A stretch of DNA of 62,880 nucleotides, counting the filler, from Collodictyon triciliatum (Eukaryota), in the NCBI GenBank assembly GCA_043381765.1. It is 4 parts of 4 records of this genome, joined end to end, with 100 filler letters (N's around TTAATTAATTAA, not from the genome) between each part and the next. Parts side by side here need not be neighbours in the genome. Positions count along the whole stretch, not along the records: positions 1 to 25,779 come from JBHJMP010001033.1; 3 more parts are not named here. One strand, 5' to 3'. Below the pieces are notes generated by a model that had not been told where the DNA came from, searched no databases, and saw only the letters and a list, made by a program, of their open reading frames with translations. Position 1 is the stretch's first letter, and every line of letters begins with the position of its first letter. This document shows, one piece after another, positions 11,529 to 21,935 of this stretch. A program made the translations under genes and the position numbers.

Positions 11529-14500
11529 ATGGACAAAACAGACTTCGATGCCGTCGTTGTCGGGACAGGACTGACCGAGTCGATCATTGCAAGGTTTGTG
11601 TGCCCTCGAGTTTTTGCTAATTGCAGAGCTGTCTTCCTCACGAGAAAAGACACAGCTCTCGACGATTGAGAGCAACACGAGAGATGTTTCGCTGGACACA
11701 CTCTTGCCATCTAGCAGCAAGAGATCGTATACGCCATTCCTTGCCTTGATTCCCTTCTTGCTCACGAAGCATGTCCACAGCGCACTCTCTCGAGCTGGAA
11801 AGAGTGTACTTCACTTGGATGCCGCCCCCTATTATGGAGGCGCATGGGCCACACTGTCTTTCAAGCAGATATCTTCATTCACTTCGAGCTTCGACGTGGA
11901 ATTAGGTGACATGCTTTTATCTTGATCTTTTCAATCCCTTAAAGTGGTCGCTTTTTTCGACTCATTTGATTGCTCCGAGCATGATATTCACACCCGCGCA
12001 GGTGGCTCAATTATAGGCGAAAAAGAATCTTTTTCATGCGATCCAGAACGCGCAGGAGAGGAGCAGAAAGATGGTATTCATTTTGTGCCTTTTCGTTTTG
12101 ACTGAAGTATAAATCTAAGGGATGCAGCAAATAAAACAGGTTAAGTAACTTGTATAATTAACAAGAACCTGCAGTCGAACTAGAGCAATTGCCTATCATA
12201 CATCACAACCTTGATTGGATATCTAATGTGGATTATGAAATAGCGGAAGGAGCAGTTCCAAACCCAGTGGTATTGTATATTGCTTCCACTTTTCACTCTT
12301 TAGAATTTTTGTTGTTATGTATACTGTAAAAAAAAAAAGCTACAAGAACTGAAGGAGAGTGAGGTACAATTGCCAATTGTTTCAATATAGGGGCATCAAG
12401 ATGTGAGGGAGGACATGACTGATACGTTGCCCTCTGATGGTCACTTGACCGAGACTAGCACAGCTAATCCCATCACTGAAGAACTCATGAAACAATCGCG
12501 TCATTTTAATATTGATTTGTGTCCAAAATTGATAATGGCGAGAGTAAGATATATATAATACATTCAAAGCTTATTGTGTGTTCTCTCTCTCTCTCAATTT
12601 TGATATCCTTTCAGCTTATGAAACTTCTCTCTGTTTTTTTAAATAAATAACCAATTCAATAATAAGGGTAGACTTTGGTGTTCTAGTAACATAAAATAAA
12701 AATAAGTAGTCACCCTAATACTTTTGCCCAAATATGCATAGGGTGCGTTTGTCAGACTTTTGATAGAATCAGATGTAGGAAGGTACCTAGAATTCAAAAA
12801 CCTTGAGGGAATATATTTGCATTCGGATGGGAAGTTTCTCCAGGTATTTTTGGATATTTTTTTTTGTTGTCCTTTCACATAATTTAGTCTTAAATCCCTA
12901 CTATGGCGAGGGTAGACGTGTAATAAAGATCAATACTATATGCCAACTTTTTTTTTTTGCATAAATTAATTAAATTACGCGCAAACAACTCTAATCAACC
13001 ACTTGGCTCTCACGATCGATGTGCTGATTTATTTATTCGTCTATAAGTGACTCATTTTATGTTAGAATACCACATCTGATAAATACATTAGGTCCCTACT
13101 TCACAAGACTCTATCTTCAGCAGTGGGTTCATTACAAATCCTGAGCGGCTTGCTCTGCGAAAGTTTATGAAATTCTGTATGGAGTACAACTCTAGTGAAG
13201 AACCCCATAAGCTGGAAGGTATGAGGTCATCATAGACTCTATGAAAAACTAAAATTTCACTTAAAAGGAAGATAAAAAGAAAAGACATAAAATGCGTATA
13301 ATACCACACAAAGTAACGATATACATGAGTCAGTGACATTATGAACATTTAATAGATGCCATGGCAAATAGTTCATTCACAAAGTTTTTGCAAACATTTA
13401 AGCTATCTCAAAGGCTATGTGAGTTTATATGCTATTCAATAGCCCTACTTGAAGAAAATCAAGGCAAGCATTTATACACATCTATATATTTTATCGTCTG
13501 TTCCAATTTATGGAGGATGAACATTGAAGTTTTTGTTATTTTCTTGAAAAATATCGCTAACATGTTTTGTAAATGCAGAGTCCAACCCGGCTAGTACGAA
13601 AGATGTTCTACCAAAGATTCAATTGTAAACCCATAATTCAATTAATGACTGTCATTATTCTGTAGAAATTATATGAAAAATCATATTTTGATATTTTTTT
13701 TAATATCTTATTACCAAAAGCTTTATTAATTCTATCGGAGTTTATGGGCCTACTCCATATCTCGTTCCTCTTTATGGAACAGGAGAATTACCACAAGCAT
13801 TTTGCAGGCAATTCCCATCTAATATTTTCCATTCCGGAAAACTTTTTCGTGTTACATCTACAAACTTGATACTTGGAACACTATACCACTACCTTGAATC
13901 GTTATTATACGATATTTTCCTTTTTAGATAGAACATAACCAAATTAACTTTTTCTTTTGTATAAAAATAAATAAAAAAAGGTTGAGTGCAATTTATGGTG
14001 GAATATATATTCTGCGTCACTGGCCTACGGCACTCACCGTTGCACATTTACAAGAGGTTTTTTTCTCTTTCTTTTAATTCATATAACTCATGTGAATGAT
14101 ATTCTGCTAGTCTAATGAGGACGGTTATTATTCCACTCTCAGGGAGATAAAGTTGTTCATGTCCGAACAAACGAAGGGTTTCGGTTTAATACAAAATACT
14201 ACATCGCGTCCAGTGTATTTTTTTAATTTTGAATATAATCGCCGAATTATGATAATTTTTTTAAATGAATATTTTCGTTTATTTGTTTACCCTATGAAAT
14301 AACGCACATTTTTCCAATTTTTCGATCCCATCTAATTCATCGCCATACAAGCCTTATATGGCCAATTATGTCAATAAAGAAAAGAAAAGGTAAGAATACT
14401 TTAAATAATCATTACTACTTTTGATTTCATCTAGAAAATTTCTAAAGTTGAAGATATGCGAATGTAATCTTTTTGAAAAAAATTATTTATTTTCTTTCTT

Positions 14501-15890
14501 TTCTATTTTTGTTTTCCTTTCTCTTACTCTTACACAACTGCCCTATAGAACGTTCTCTCGCTGCATTTGCGTGACTGATCGTTCCATCATTTCATCACAA
14601 GAAATGGTTATCGCGTCCTTACCGGTGTGTACGCGTGACAAAATTGATTCATTGAAGTAGAATTGTCCTAAAATCTAACTAATTATCGTGCGACCCAGCC
14701 TAACCGTTGTGGAAATGCACACCCGGTCCGCCTAAACCAGTGTGGAAACCACAGCTCTAACGCACCGAAAGGAAAATGTACGTTTGGTCACATATAAATT
14801 AACTGGTTTCAATACCTGGATAACTTTTCAAAGTTACCTTTACCTTTTTTTCTCCCCTTCTATTCTATCCTTTTTTTTAATTTTTTTTTTACCACAATTC
14901 TTACTGCCATCCTTTGTTTGAATTTATTTATTAACATTTATGTTTTCCACAGTCATTCTATATTTCTCCACACTATCTAGCGGAGAACGCTCACTTGTTG
15001 ATTTAAAGTCCAGTGTCGAGTTTATCACAACAACTCTCGATAATGACCCTACTAAACCTAAGCGACTATGGACCATGTTTTACACCCAGGTTTCAATTAC
15101 GTCACGAAATCTTGATAGACTTGCTAGATTCGTCCATATTTTAACTGAATTTAGGCATCGCATAATCGCACGCTTTACTTTATAGACATGCCACCATGAA
15201 CTTATTGCACAAAGGCCTGATAATATCTTTCTAACACCAGACCCCACGGGTGATATAGACCCAAGGTATGACTTTTTTTTTATTTCCCATTTCCAAATAT
15301 AATTTACAATCATATTATGAACCAATTCCTGTTTCGTTCCGTTTATACATTGCCATTAATATATACACTATTACATAACACAAACGCCACCATTGGCTTC
15401 CTTTCACGAATGAAGTTGCTCGGTGTTGGATGCAAAAGCTATATTTGAGAAGATATGTCCCAATACTGATTTTTTACTCAAACAAGTGGAGGAAGAAATT
15501 GTAAGCAATATTTTTTTTTATCGCTGCCTATTTGCTTGAAAAAGAACAAACTATACTCAAATTTCCAATAGCCAAAGAGCAGTCCCTTTTAGTTCAACCA
15601 AACATATGATTTAGTGCCCAGAGGACACAGAGGACTACATGGACGCTATGTCATTAGCCAGACTGCAACAAGAGTTGACCAAGGCGTCATCCAAACAACC
15701 AATGACAGATGCACCAGCGACTGAGAATACTTTGGAAAGTGAAATTGTTTCTACTCCACAAGAGCCCACAGAAATCCCTAGAGACCCCGAAGTTCTGCCA
15801 AGCCAAGAAACACCCCATGCATGCGAGACTGAAAATAGTGCGCAAGGTTATTCCCAGGATTTATCAATGGCCGGCGGGACAGAAAATTGA
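11529..15890 (+). CDS. CHM: Rab escort protein (REP/CHM, Rab GDI superfamily), multi-exon
   Basis: Motifs [58 protein letters not shown] and [26 protein letters not shown] long insert after the first conserved region and the C-terminal [15 protein letters not shown] plus acidic tail fit REP rather than GDI. Confidence 0.88.
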
Positions 15891-16105
15891 GTCCTACAGG
15901 CACTTCGAACTCTAAAAACAGTGCCCATAAAGCAAGGAAAAATACCAGCTTCATTTATTCATTTTTCCTTTTGTATATTTTGTGCGAGTGTAAGGCTTCA
16001 CTGCTCATTCTTTAACGAGAACATCAGCGATCAAATTAGGGGAATGAATCTGGGAAGTGGAAAAATAAAACAGGTTGTAGCAAAATATTGGCAGTGGTGG
16101 GTTTA

Positions 16106-16897
16106 TTACATGACCAGAGAATTCCTTCCACTGGGGCTAGACTGTAGTTTTTCTCCGCAGTTGAAGCAGAAATTATTGTTCATGGGATTTTCAGCGCGGC
16201 AGTTGCAACAAAAGTACCCACGATTACCGTCACCAAAAAAGACAGGCTGAATGTCTCGAATCTATTCAAGGAAGGGTAAGTTTGTTCCTTGATGTATGAA
16301 GGTAATAGGAAAATATCTCCGTTTGGCTGTTCAGATGAGAATAAAACTTGTTACCCTCCCAACCAACCAGTACGCGTAAATCAATGTGAGCATTAGACCC
16401 GCGGTCGCGATGAAAAATAATAGTGTTAAACCCCACCCGAGAGAGCCTTCCAAGGTGATATTATCAATGGCGATATCCGAGACCTTTGCAGACTCAGTTT
16501 TGACATCAATTTTGACAGGGCGCCTCATATTGTCAAATCGAAAGTCGTACCGCGTCAGAGGGGCGTTTGTCCTGTGCAGAGGTTTAGATGTTGGGGTCTG
16601 CGGTGATGGTCCAGTTGCTTCGATTCACGACGAACGCAGAAGATAGATAAATGGTAAGGTTGAATATAAAGAAAGAATGTTTACCTGAATACTGCATCCA
16701 TCTCCTCCAAAACCATGGCCAAAGTGATGTTGAAGCACAGGTCAACACAGTACTTTGGGGGGCGAGGCGGGGCGAGAGGCGCAGTTTGGCCCGGGGCGGA
16801 AGATCTCGTCACAACCTCGGACCAGAACTCATCCCAGGCCTGGTTTTGAGGCCCTGGTCGGCGCGGTTCGTAGAAGCATTCAATGCACGTCAGGTCT
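16106..16897 (-). CDS. 3' part of a single-pass membrane protein with C-terminal zinc ribbon (5' exons lost in gap)
   Basis: Spliced: …MDAVFR|TNAPLTRYDFRFDNMRRPV…GWGLTLLFFIATAGLMLTLIYAYWLVGR|IRDIQPVFFGDGNRGYFCCNCRAENPMNNNFCFNCGEKL…M*. One hydrophobic helix followed by CxxC-x10-CxxC. Confidence 0.6.
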
Positions 16898-16977
16898 GCA
16901 GCGAGGGTTGGTTATCCTGTCAAACATCTGCTGCGGTCTGAACATAAACGCGAGAGCGGAGGGGAAAGAGGGCCACA

Positions 16978-17938
16978 NNNNNNNNNNNNNNNNNNNNNNN
17001 NNNNNNNNNNNNNNNNNNNNNNNNNNNNNNNNNNNNNNNNNNNNNNNNNNNNNNNNNNNNNNNNNNNNNNNNNNNNNNNNNNNNNNNNNNNNNNNNNNNN
17101 NNNNNNNNNNNNNNNNNNNNNNNNNNNNNNNNNNNNNNNNNNNNNNNNNNNNNNNNNNNNNNNNNNNNNNNNNNNNNNNNNNNNNNNNNNNNNNNNNNNN
17201 NNNNNNNNNNNNNNNNNNNNNNNNNNNNNNNNNNNNNNNNNNNNNNNNNNNNNNNNNNNNNNNNNNNNNNNNNNNNNNNNNNNNNNNNNNNNNNNNNNNN
17301 NNNNNNNNNNNNNNNNNNNNNNNNNNNNNNNNNNNNNNNNNNNNNNNNNNNNNNNNNNNNNNNNNNNNNNNNNNNNNNNNNNNNNNNNNNNNNNNNNNNN
17401 NNNNNNNNNNNNNNNNNNNNNNNNNNNNNNNNNNNNNNNNNNNNNNNNNNNNNNNNNNNNNNNNNNNNNNNNNNNNNNNNNNNNNNNNNNNNNNNNNNNN
17501 NNNNNNNNNNNNNNNNNNNNNNNNNNNNNNNNNNNNNNNNNNNNNNNNNNNNNNNNNNNNNNNNNNNNNNNNNNNNNNNNNNNNNNNNNNNNNNNNNNNN
17601 NNNNNNNNNNNNNNNNNNNNNNNNNNNNNNNNNNNNNNNNNNNNNNNNNNNNNNNNNNNNNNNNNNNNNNNNNNNNNNNNNNNNNNNNNNNNNNNNNNNN
17701 NNNNNNNNNNNNNNNNNNNNNNNNNNNNNNNNNNNNNNNNNNNNNNNNNNNNNNNNNNNNNNNNNNNNNNNNNNNNNNNNNNNNNNNNNNNNNNNNNNNN
17801 NNNNNNNNNNNNNNNNNNNNNNNNNNNNNNNNNNNNNNNNNNNNNNNNNNNNNNNNNNNNNNNNNNNNNNNNNNNNNNNNNNNNNNNNNNNNNNNNNNNN
17901 NNNNNNNNNNNNNNNNNNNNNNNNNNNNNNNNNNNNNN
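16978..17938. other. Within-scaffold assembly gap (961 N)
   Basis: N run without the TTAATTAATTAA spacer. Confidence 0.95.
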
Positions 17939-17980
17939 TGAAGCCGAATATATATTAATATTAATATATATTCGGCTTCA
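17939..17980. repeat. Perfect 42-bp palindrome at the element end
   Basis: TGAAGCCGAATATATATTAAT|ATTAATATATATTCGGCTTCA; the second half is the exact reverse complement of the first. Confidence 0.97.
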
Positions 17981-18257
17981 CAATTGTTCTGAACCTGCAA
18001 TTTTGACATTGTTTCAGTGTATCCAGGGGGTTGGCGAGGCGTTTCTCAAGTCCTGGCGAGGGTATTGCCAACCTCCCAGGGCTTCCCCCACACTCTTTTT
18101 ATATGTCAGCCATCTCCGGAAATTATTCATTTGGTTTCGCCGTTTGTGTTGGAACTTAAGTCAGTAACAAAGGATTACATAAACAGCATGAGACCCCCCA
18201 CACTCTTTTAGGTGTCCAGGTTCGCCGTTTGTGTTCGTAAGTAGGTTTGCGGAAAAC

Positions 18258-18808
18258 GAGAGGGTGAGAGGGTGTAGAGGGTGTTTTTTGACCCCCCCCG
18301 GTTCCGGCTGGGATTGCCATTTCCGGTTTCCGGAATTACTATCCCCCCGGAAATGGGGGAACCGGAAATCCATTCTCACAGCTGAATAGGAATGAACACC
18401 CTCTCACCCTCTCACCCTCTCCAAATAATTATAAATATATAATATAAATATATAAGACTGAGAGGAGTAAGAGAATTAAACATATATTTCCGGAATTTTC
18501 CGGAAAAAATAAAAAATAGAGGGTGTTAGGGTACACCCTCTATTTTTCATAAATTGAAATTTCCGGGAATCCCAGCCTTAAAGGGAGTCGAATTGAGCAT
18601 TTTCTCCCTCATAATTTTTTCCTTATATCTTTAGTGCGGGGGCCAGGCTACTGACTCACCCACCCGGCTACCAACCGGGGGTAAGTATTTTCCGGAAATT
18701 TCCGGAAAAATCAGGGGGCGGGACGGGAACACCCTCTCTTTTTCAAAAATTTGGCGTGGATTTTCCGGGGGACGGGAACACCCTCTCTTTTTCAAAAATT
18801 TGGCGTGG
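18258..18808. repeat. Cluster of inverted and direct repeats (putative origin/terminal repeat region)
   Basis: (GAGAGGGT)3-like 18258-18285 is inverted against 18395-18421. There is a hairpin at 18512-18547, a 22-bp palindrome at 18688-18709 and a 40-bp direct repeat at 18720-18759/18769-18808. Confidence 0.9.
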
Positions 18809-18911
18809 GCTGGGTTTTGAGCAAAAAATTGCGGCAAGGTCTGGGGCTTGGGTAAAGTATTCAATTTAAATTGAATATTTTATTTAATGTTGGCGCGCCA
18901 GGGTAAGATGT

Positions 18912-19313
18912 TTATTCTGCTTCTACGTCGCTTAAGTGGTCTGAATCATAATCGTAATTTAATGTGCGTTTTTCTCCCACCGCCACAAACTCCATAAGAG
19001 ATTTCTCCAAAATATGCACCACCCTGTCAGAATCGCATCCCCTCTCTCTCATGTTGTTTGTTATCTGGGTTATTTTTATAAAAGACGTTTGCAGGGTTAG
19101 CGGGTCTTTGACTCTTTCCACGATTTCATGAAAATCATCAAGTGAATACGTATGCAGACCCCTAAATTTAATAATGAACCCCAGCCAATTTATTACGTAA
19201 AAATTTGTGGTACTAATTTCCCCATAATCGTCTTCAAATTCTTGGAAAACAATTTCAACTTTAAGGCCGTCAAAAGCAAAAGAGAAAATTTCGGGGTTGC
19301 TGGCGGAGTTCAT
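18912..19313 (-). CDS. Hypothetical protein of the mobile element (~133 aa from first ATG)
   Basis: Intronless ORF, divergent from the HNH gene across an AT-rich spacer. No motif recognised. Confidence 0.55.
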   Translation of the reverse strand: MNSASNPEIFSFAFDGLKVEIVFQEFEDDYGEISTTNFYVINWLGFIIKFRGLHTYSLDDFHEIVERVKDPLTLQTSFIKITQITNNMRERGCDSDRVVHILEKSLMEFVAVGEKRTLNYDYDSDHLSDVEAE

Positions 19314-19412
19314 TCCTATTCTTACAAAACAAAAAAATTTGAAATTTAAACGCACTTTTACATTTTTTCGACAGAATCATTTTCTAAAAAAAATATTTTT
19401 CTGAGAATCATT

Positions 19413-19907
19413 ATGACAGAAGTTGAGGTCTTTGCCCGGGTTTTGGATTTTCCTAATTATATGATTTCAAATTTTGGCCACGTCCTAAGAAATGGTCAAG
19501 TACTTAACCCATTTATAAATAACAGCGGTTATGCGAGCGTTATGTTATCAAATGGCACAATCCAGAAACCTTGTTTAGTCCATCGACTTGTAGCCACTTA
19601 TTTTGTGGAAAAAAATAACCCAGATTTTAATATAATTGACCATATAAACGGGAACAAGGCAGACAACCATTATACAAATATACGATGGTGCAATGCCTCA
19701 ATGAATGCCAGGAACCGAAAGGCAATTTTATCAAACACACAAATTCAGGGAGTACATAAACATAAAAATGGTTCTTTCGAGGTTTCTTATTATGTTGATA
19801 TATATCAACGAAAACGAAAATATTTTAAAGACTTGGATTCTGCCATAAAATGGCGTGAGAAGATGGTGGATATATATTATTCCAGGGTTAAAGCTTCCGA
19901 GCCCTGA
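19413..19907 (+). CDS. NUMOD4-HNH homing endonuclease with AP2-like C-terminal DNA-binding domain
   Basis: YMISNFGHV (NUMOD4), VHRLVA…IDHINGNKADNHYTNIRW…N (HNH), GVHKHKNGSFEV…KRKYFKDLDSAIKWR (AP2-like). Confidence 0.92.
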   Translation: MTEVEVFARVLDFPNYMISNFGHVLRNGQVLNPFINNSGYASVMLSNGTIQKPCLVHRLVATYFVEKNNPDFNIIDHINGNKADNHYTNIRWCNASMNARNRKAILSNTQIQGVHKHKNGSFEVSYYVDIYQRKRKYFKDLDSAIKWREKMVDIYYSRVKASEP

Positions 19908-20709
19908 AAACAACTGATTTCAATTTATCCGGGTCCCGCTGTAGGTCTGCGACGTTTTTGAGAATCTTCATGGCACTAGCCTGGAACCCTCCAAGGTACG
20001 CCCATCTCTCAATTTCTTTGTATGTTCTTGGCCCGTATTTTTGCCCGCCCTGTACACCATAATACCCGCCATTGTTATCTGCTTTTATGGTTATTTGATC
20101 GATCCCATTTGTGAAGGAAATCACCTTCCCCGTGGGGGTTCCGTTGTTTGCCACCGAGGTAACTTTTTCGCTTGAAAACATTGACGTGGGAGAGAATCCC
20201 GCCCCTGCTTTTTGTTCTCCCTTGACATAACCAGCCATAGCCCTGTTCTGGGCTTGCAGCTTTCTAATTAAATCCAAACGTTTAATTAGGTCCTTTGTAT
20301 CCTCGTCTGCAAATTCAATATATTGCGCGCCAATCCGGTCAAATTCGTTTATTAATTGTTGTTTGGTTTTTAGTTTCCAACCAGGGTCGTAATAATATTC
20401 AAGACTCTTTAACTCTTTCGGGGTAAACATCGGGTCATCTTCTTCCCCGGGAGCAGGTTCTTCCCCGGGAGCAGGTTCTTCATATTCTTGTTGTTCTTCT
20501 TGTGGTTCATCAGGGAAGCGAGATTCACGTAATGCCGAACTAAATGCCCGTCGCATTGACTCTGTAAACTCTTCAAGACCAATCTCAAATCCTTTTAATT
20601 GTTGTGGATTTTGAGATTTTGATCTGGCACGAGATGACTTTGGCTGTGATGATTCTGCTTCGGGTCTACCTGGGCGGTCTGGTTGTGGTGAATTATCTCT
20701 TAAAGACAT
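19888..20709 (-). CDS. Hypothetical protein of the mobile element (273 aa)
   Basis: Long intronless ORF with an EPAPGE duplication; overlaps the HNH stop by 20 bp. Confidence 0.75.
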   Translation of the reverse strand: MSLRDNSPQPDRPGRPEAESSQPKSSRARSKSQNPQQLKGFEIGLEEFTESMRRAFSSALRESRFPDEPQEEQQEYEEPAPGEEPAPGEEDDPMFTPKELKSLEYYYDPGWKLKTKQQLINEFDRIGAQYIEFADEDTKDLIKRLDLIRKLQAQNRAMAGYVKGEQKAGAGFSPTSMFSSEKVTSVANNGTPTGKVISFTNGIDQITIKADNNGGYYGVQGGQKYGPRTYKEIERWAYLGGFQASAMKILKNVADLQRDPDKLKSVVFRARKL

Positions 20710-20727
20710 ATGATAATAAACATTTTT

Positions 20728-21783
20728 TTACCTTAATTTTATATCTATATAAAAAGAATCTGATAACCTGACTCTCATCACGTTATTTGGAATTCTTTTT
20801 TTCCCCTTGTACTTCTCCTCTGGGGTTATTTCTTCTACATTAGTCTTCTCCTCTGGAAATAGTTCGACCCCTTTAATGTCTGGAAAAACACTTGATTTTC
20901 TAAATTTTTGCGATTTCAATCCTTTTTTTATTTCCTGGGTAAAATTTCCCTTTGGAGTTTTGTTATAAAAATCTTCTATATTGTCAATTAATGTATATAG
21001 TATGTCGTATTTGTTTGAGAAAGGTGTTATTGATTTTTCATGTTTAATGTTAACATCAAGCTGTAAGACATTATTATAAATATCTTTCTTGACTGACATA
21101 ATGTTATTTTTAATTACAACTTCATCTGACTTACCTTGTTTAATTTTAGTTGCTATAGTTTTTATGTCTTGGTGTATTTTATAAAGTTGATTTAATTCAA
21201 TACTTGAGTTTGTGCTCAATTCTTTCATATCCAGATCTTCACCAGGTATTTTTTTTGGGGTAGAAGGTTCCACCCTTTCCTCTTCTGGCTCCGCTTCAAG
21301 TCTCTGCAGCGACGTATCTGCTTTTGAAATTGCTTTAAAAAAATAATCTTTATGTCGTTCTGTGAATGAACTTGGTTTTAAAATTTGTTTCAAATTTACA
21401 TAATCTGTATTTGTATATTTACCAGTTAAATACGTTATTCTATCCCGTAGTTCTATCCCTTCAGGGGTTGACATGTTGACGACATACACTTTATTTGCCC
21501 TATCATAATGGTACGCAAAATTTAACACTGGAGACTTTATTTCATTTTCAGAATCTACATAAGAATTATACACATAAATTAAAGCATACATCATATGTAT
21601 ATAATCCTCGTCAGGGTAATAACTTTTTGAAAAATTATCTTTTTCTTTAAGTACAGATTCCCACAAATTATTTCGGTTTTCTTCTGTAAATTCTCCGATA
21701 CCGTTCTCATTTTTTATAATTTCTCTGGTATGGTGGGGCTTTTTGCTACCAGACATTATTTTAGATATTAGAGATTGACTCAT
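20728..21783 (-). CDS. Hypothetical protein of the mobile element (351 aa)
   Basis: Long intronless ORF in AT-rich DNA, 18 bp upstream of the 273-aa ORF. Confidence 0.78.
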   Translation of the reverse strand: MSQSLISKIMSGSKKPHHTREIIKNENGIGEFTEENRNNLWESVLKEKDNFSKSYYPDEDYIHMMYALIYVYNSYVDSENEIKSPVLNFAYHYDRANKVYVVNMSTPEGIELRDRITYLTGKYTNTDYVNLKQILKPSSFTERHKDYFFKAISKADTSLQRLEAEPEEERVEPSTPKKIPGEDLDMKELSTNSSIELNQLYKIHQDIKTIATKIKQGKSDEVVIKNNIMSVKKDIYNNVLQLDVNIKHEKSITPFSNKYDILYTLIDNIEDFYNKTPKGNFTQEIKKGLKSQKFRKSSVFPDIKGVELFPEEKTNVEEITPEEKYKGKKRIPNNVMRVRLSDSFYIDIKLR

Positions 21784-21935
21784 ATATATAAAAAAAAATA
21801 TATTCTAAAATATGAAAACACATTTTAAAAAATCCAAGGTTGAAAAGAAAAAGAAAGAAAAAAAGTTAAATTATAAAAAAGAGGTGGAGCCCTTTGCCTC
21901 GACTGTCCACCACTTCATCGAACGAAAAAAAAAAT

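Noticed and set aside
16755-18167. Long ORFs of 350-470 aa spanning the gap (also those across 33086-33326)
   Set aside because: They consist of X residues from N runs.
18526-18531. TTAGGG in the loop of the 18512-18547 hairpin as a telomeric repeat
   Set aside because: Single hexamer, no array.
18720-18808. 40-bp direct repeat as a CRISPR-like array
   Set aside because: Only two copies with a 9-bp spacer and no cas genes.
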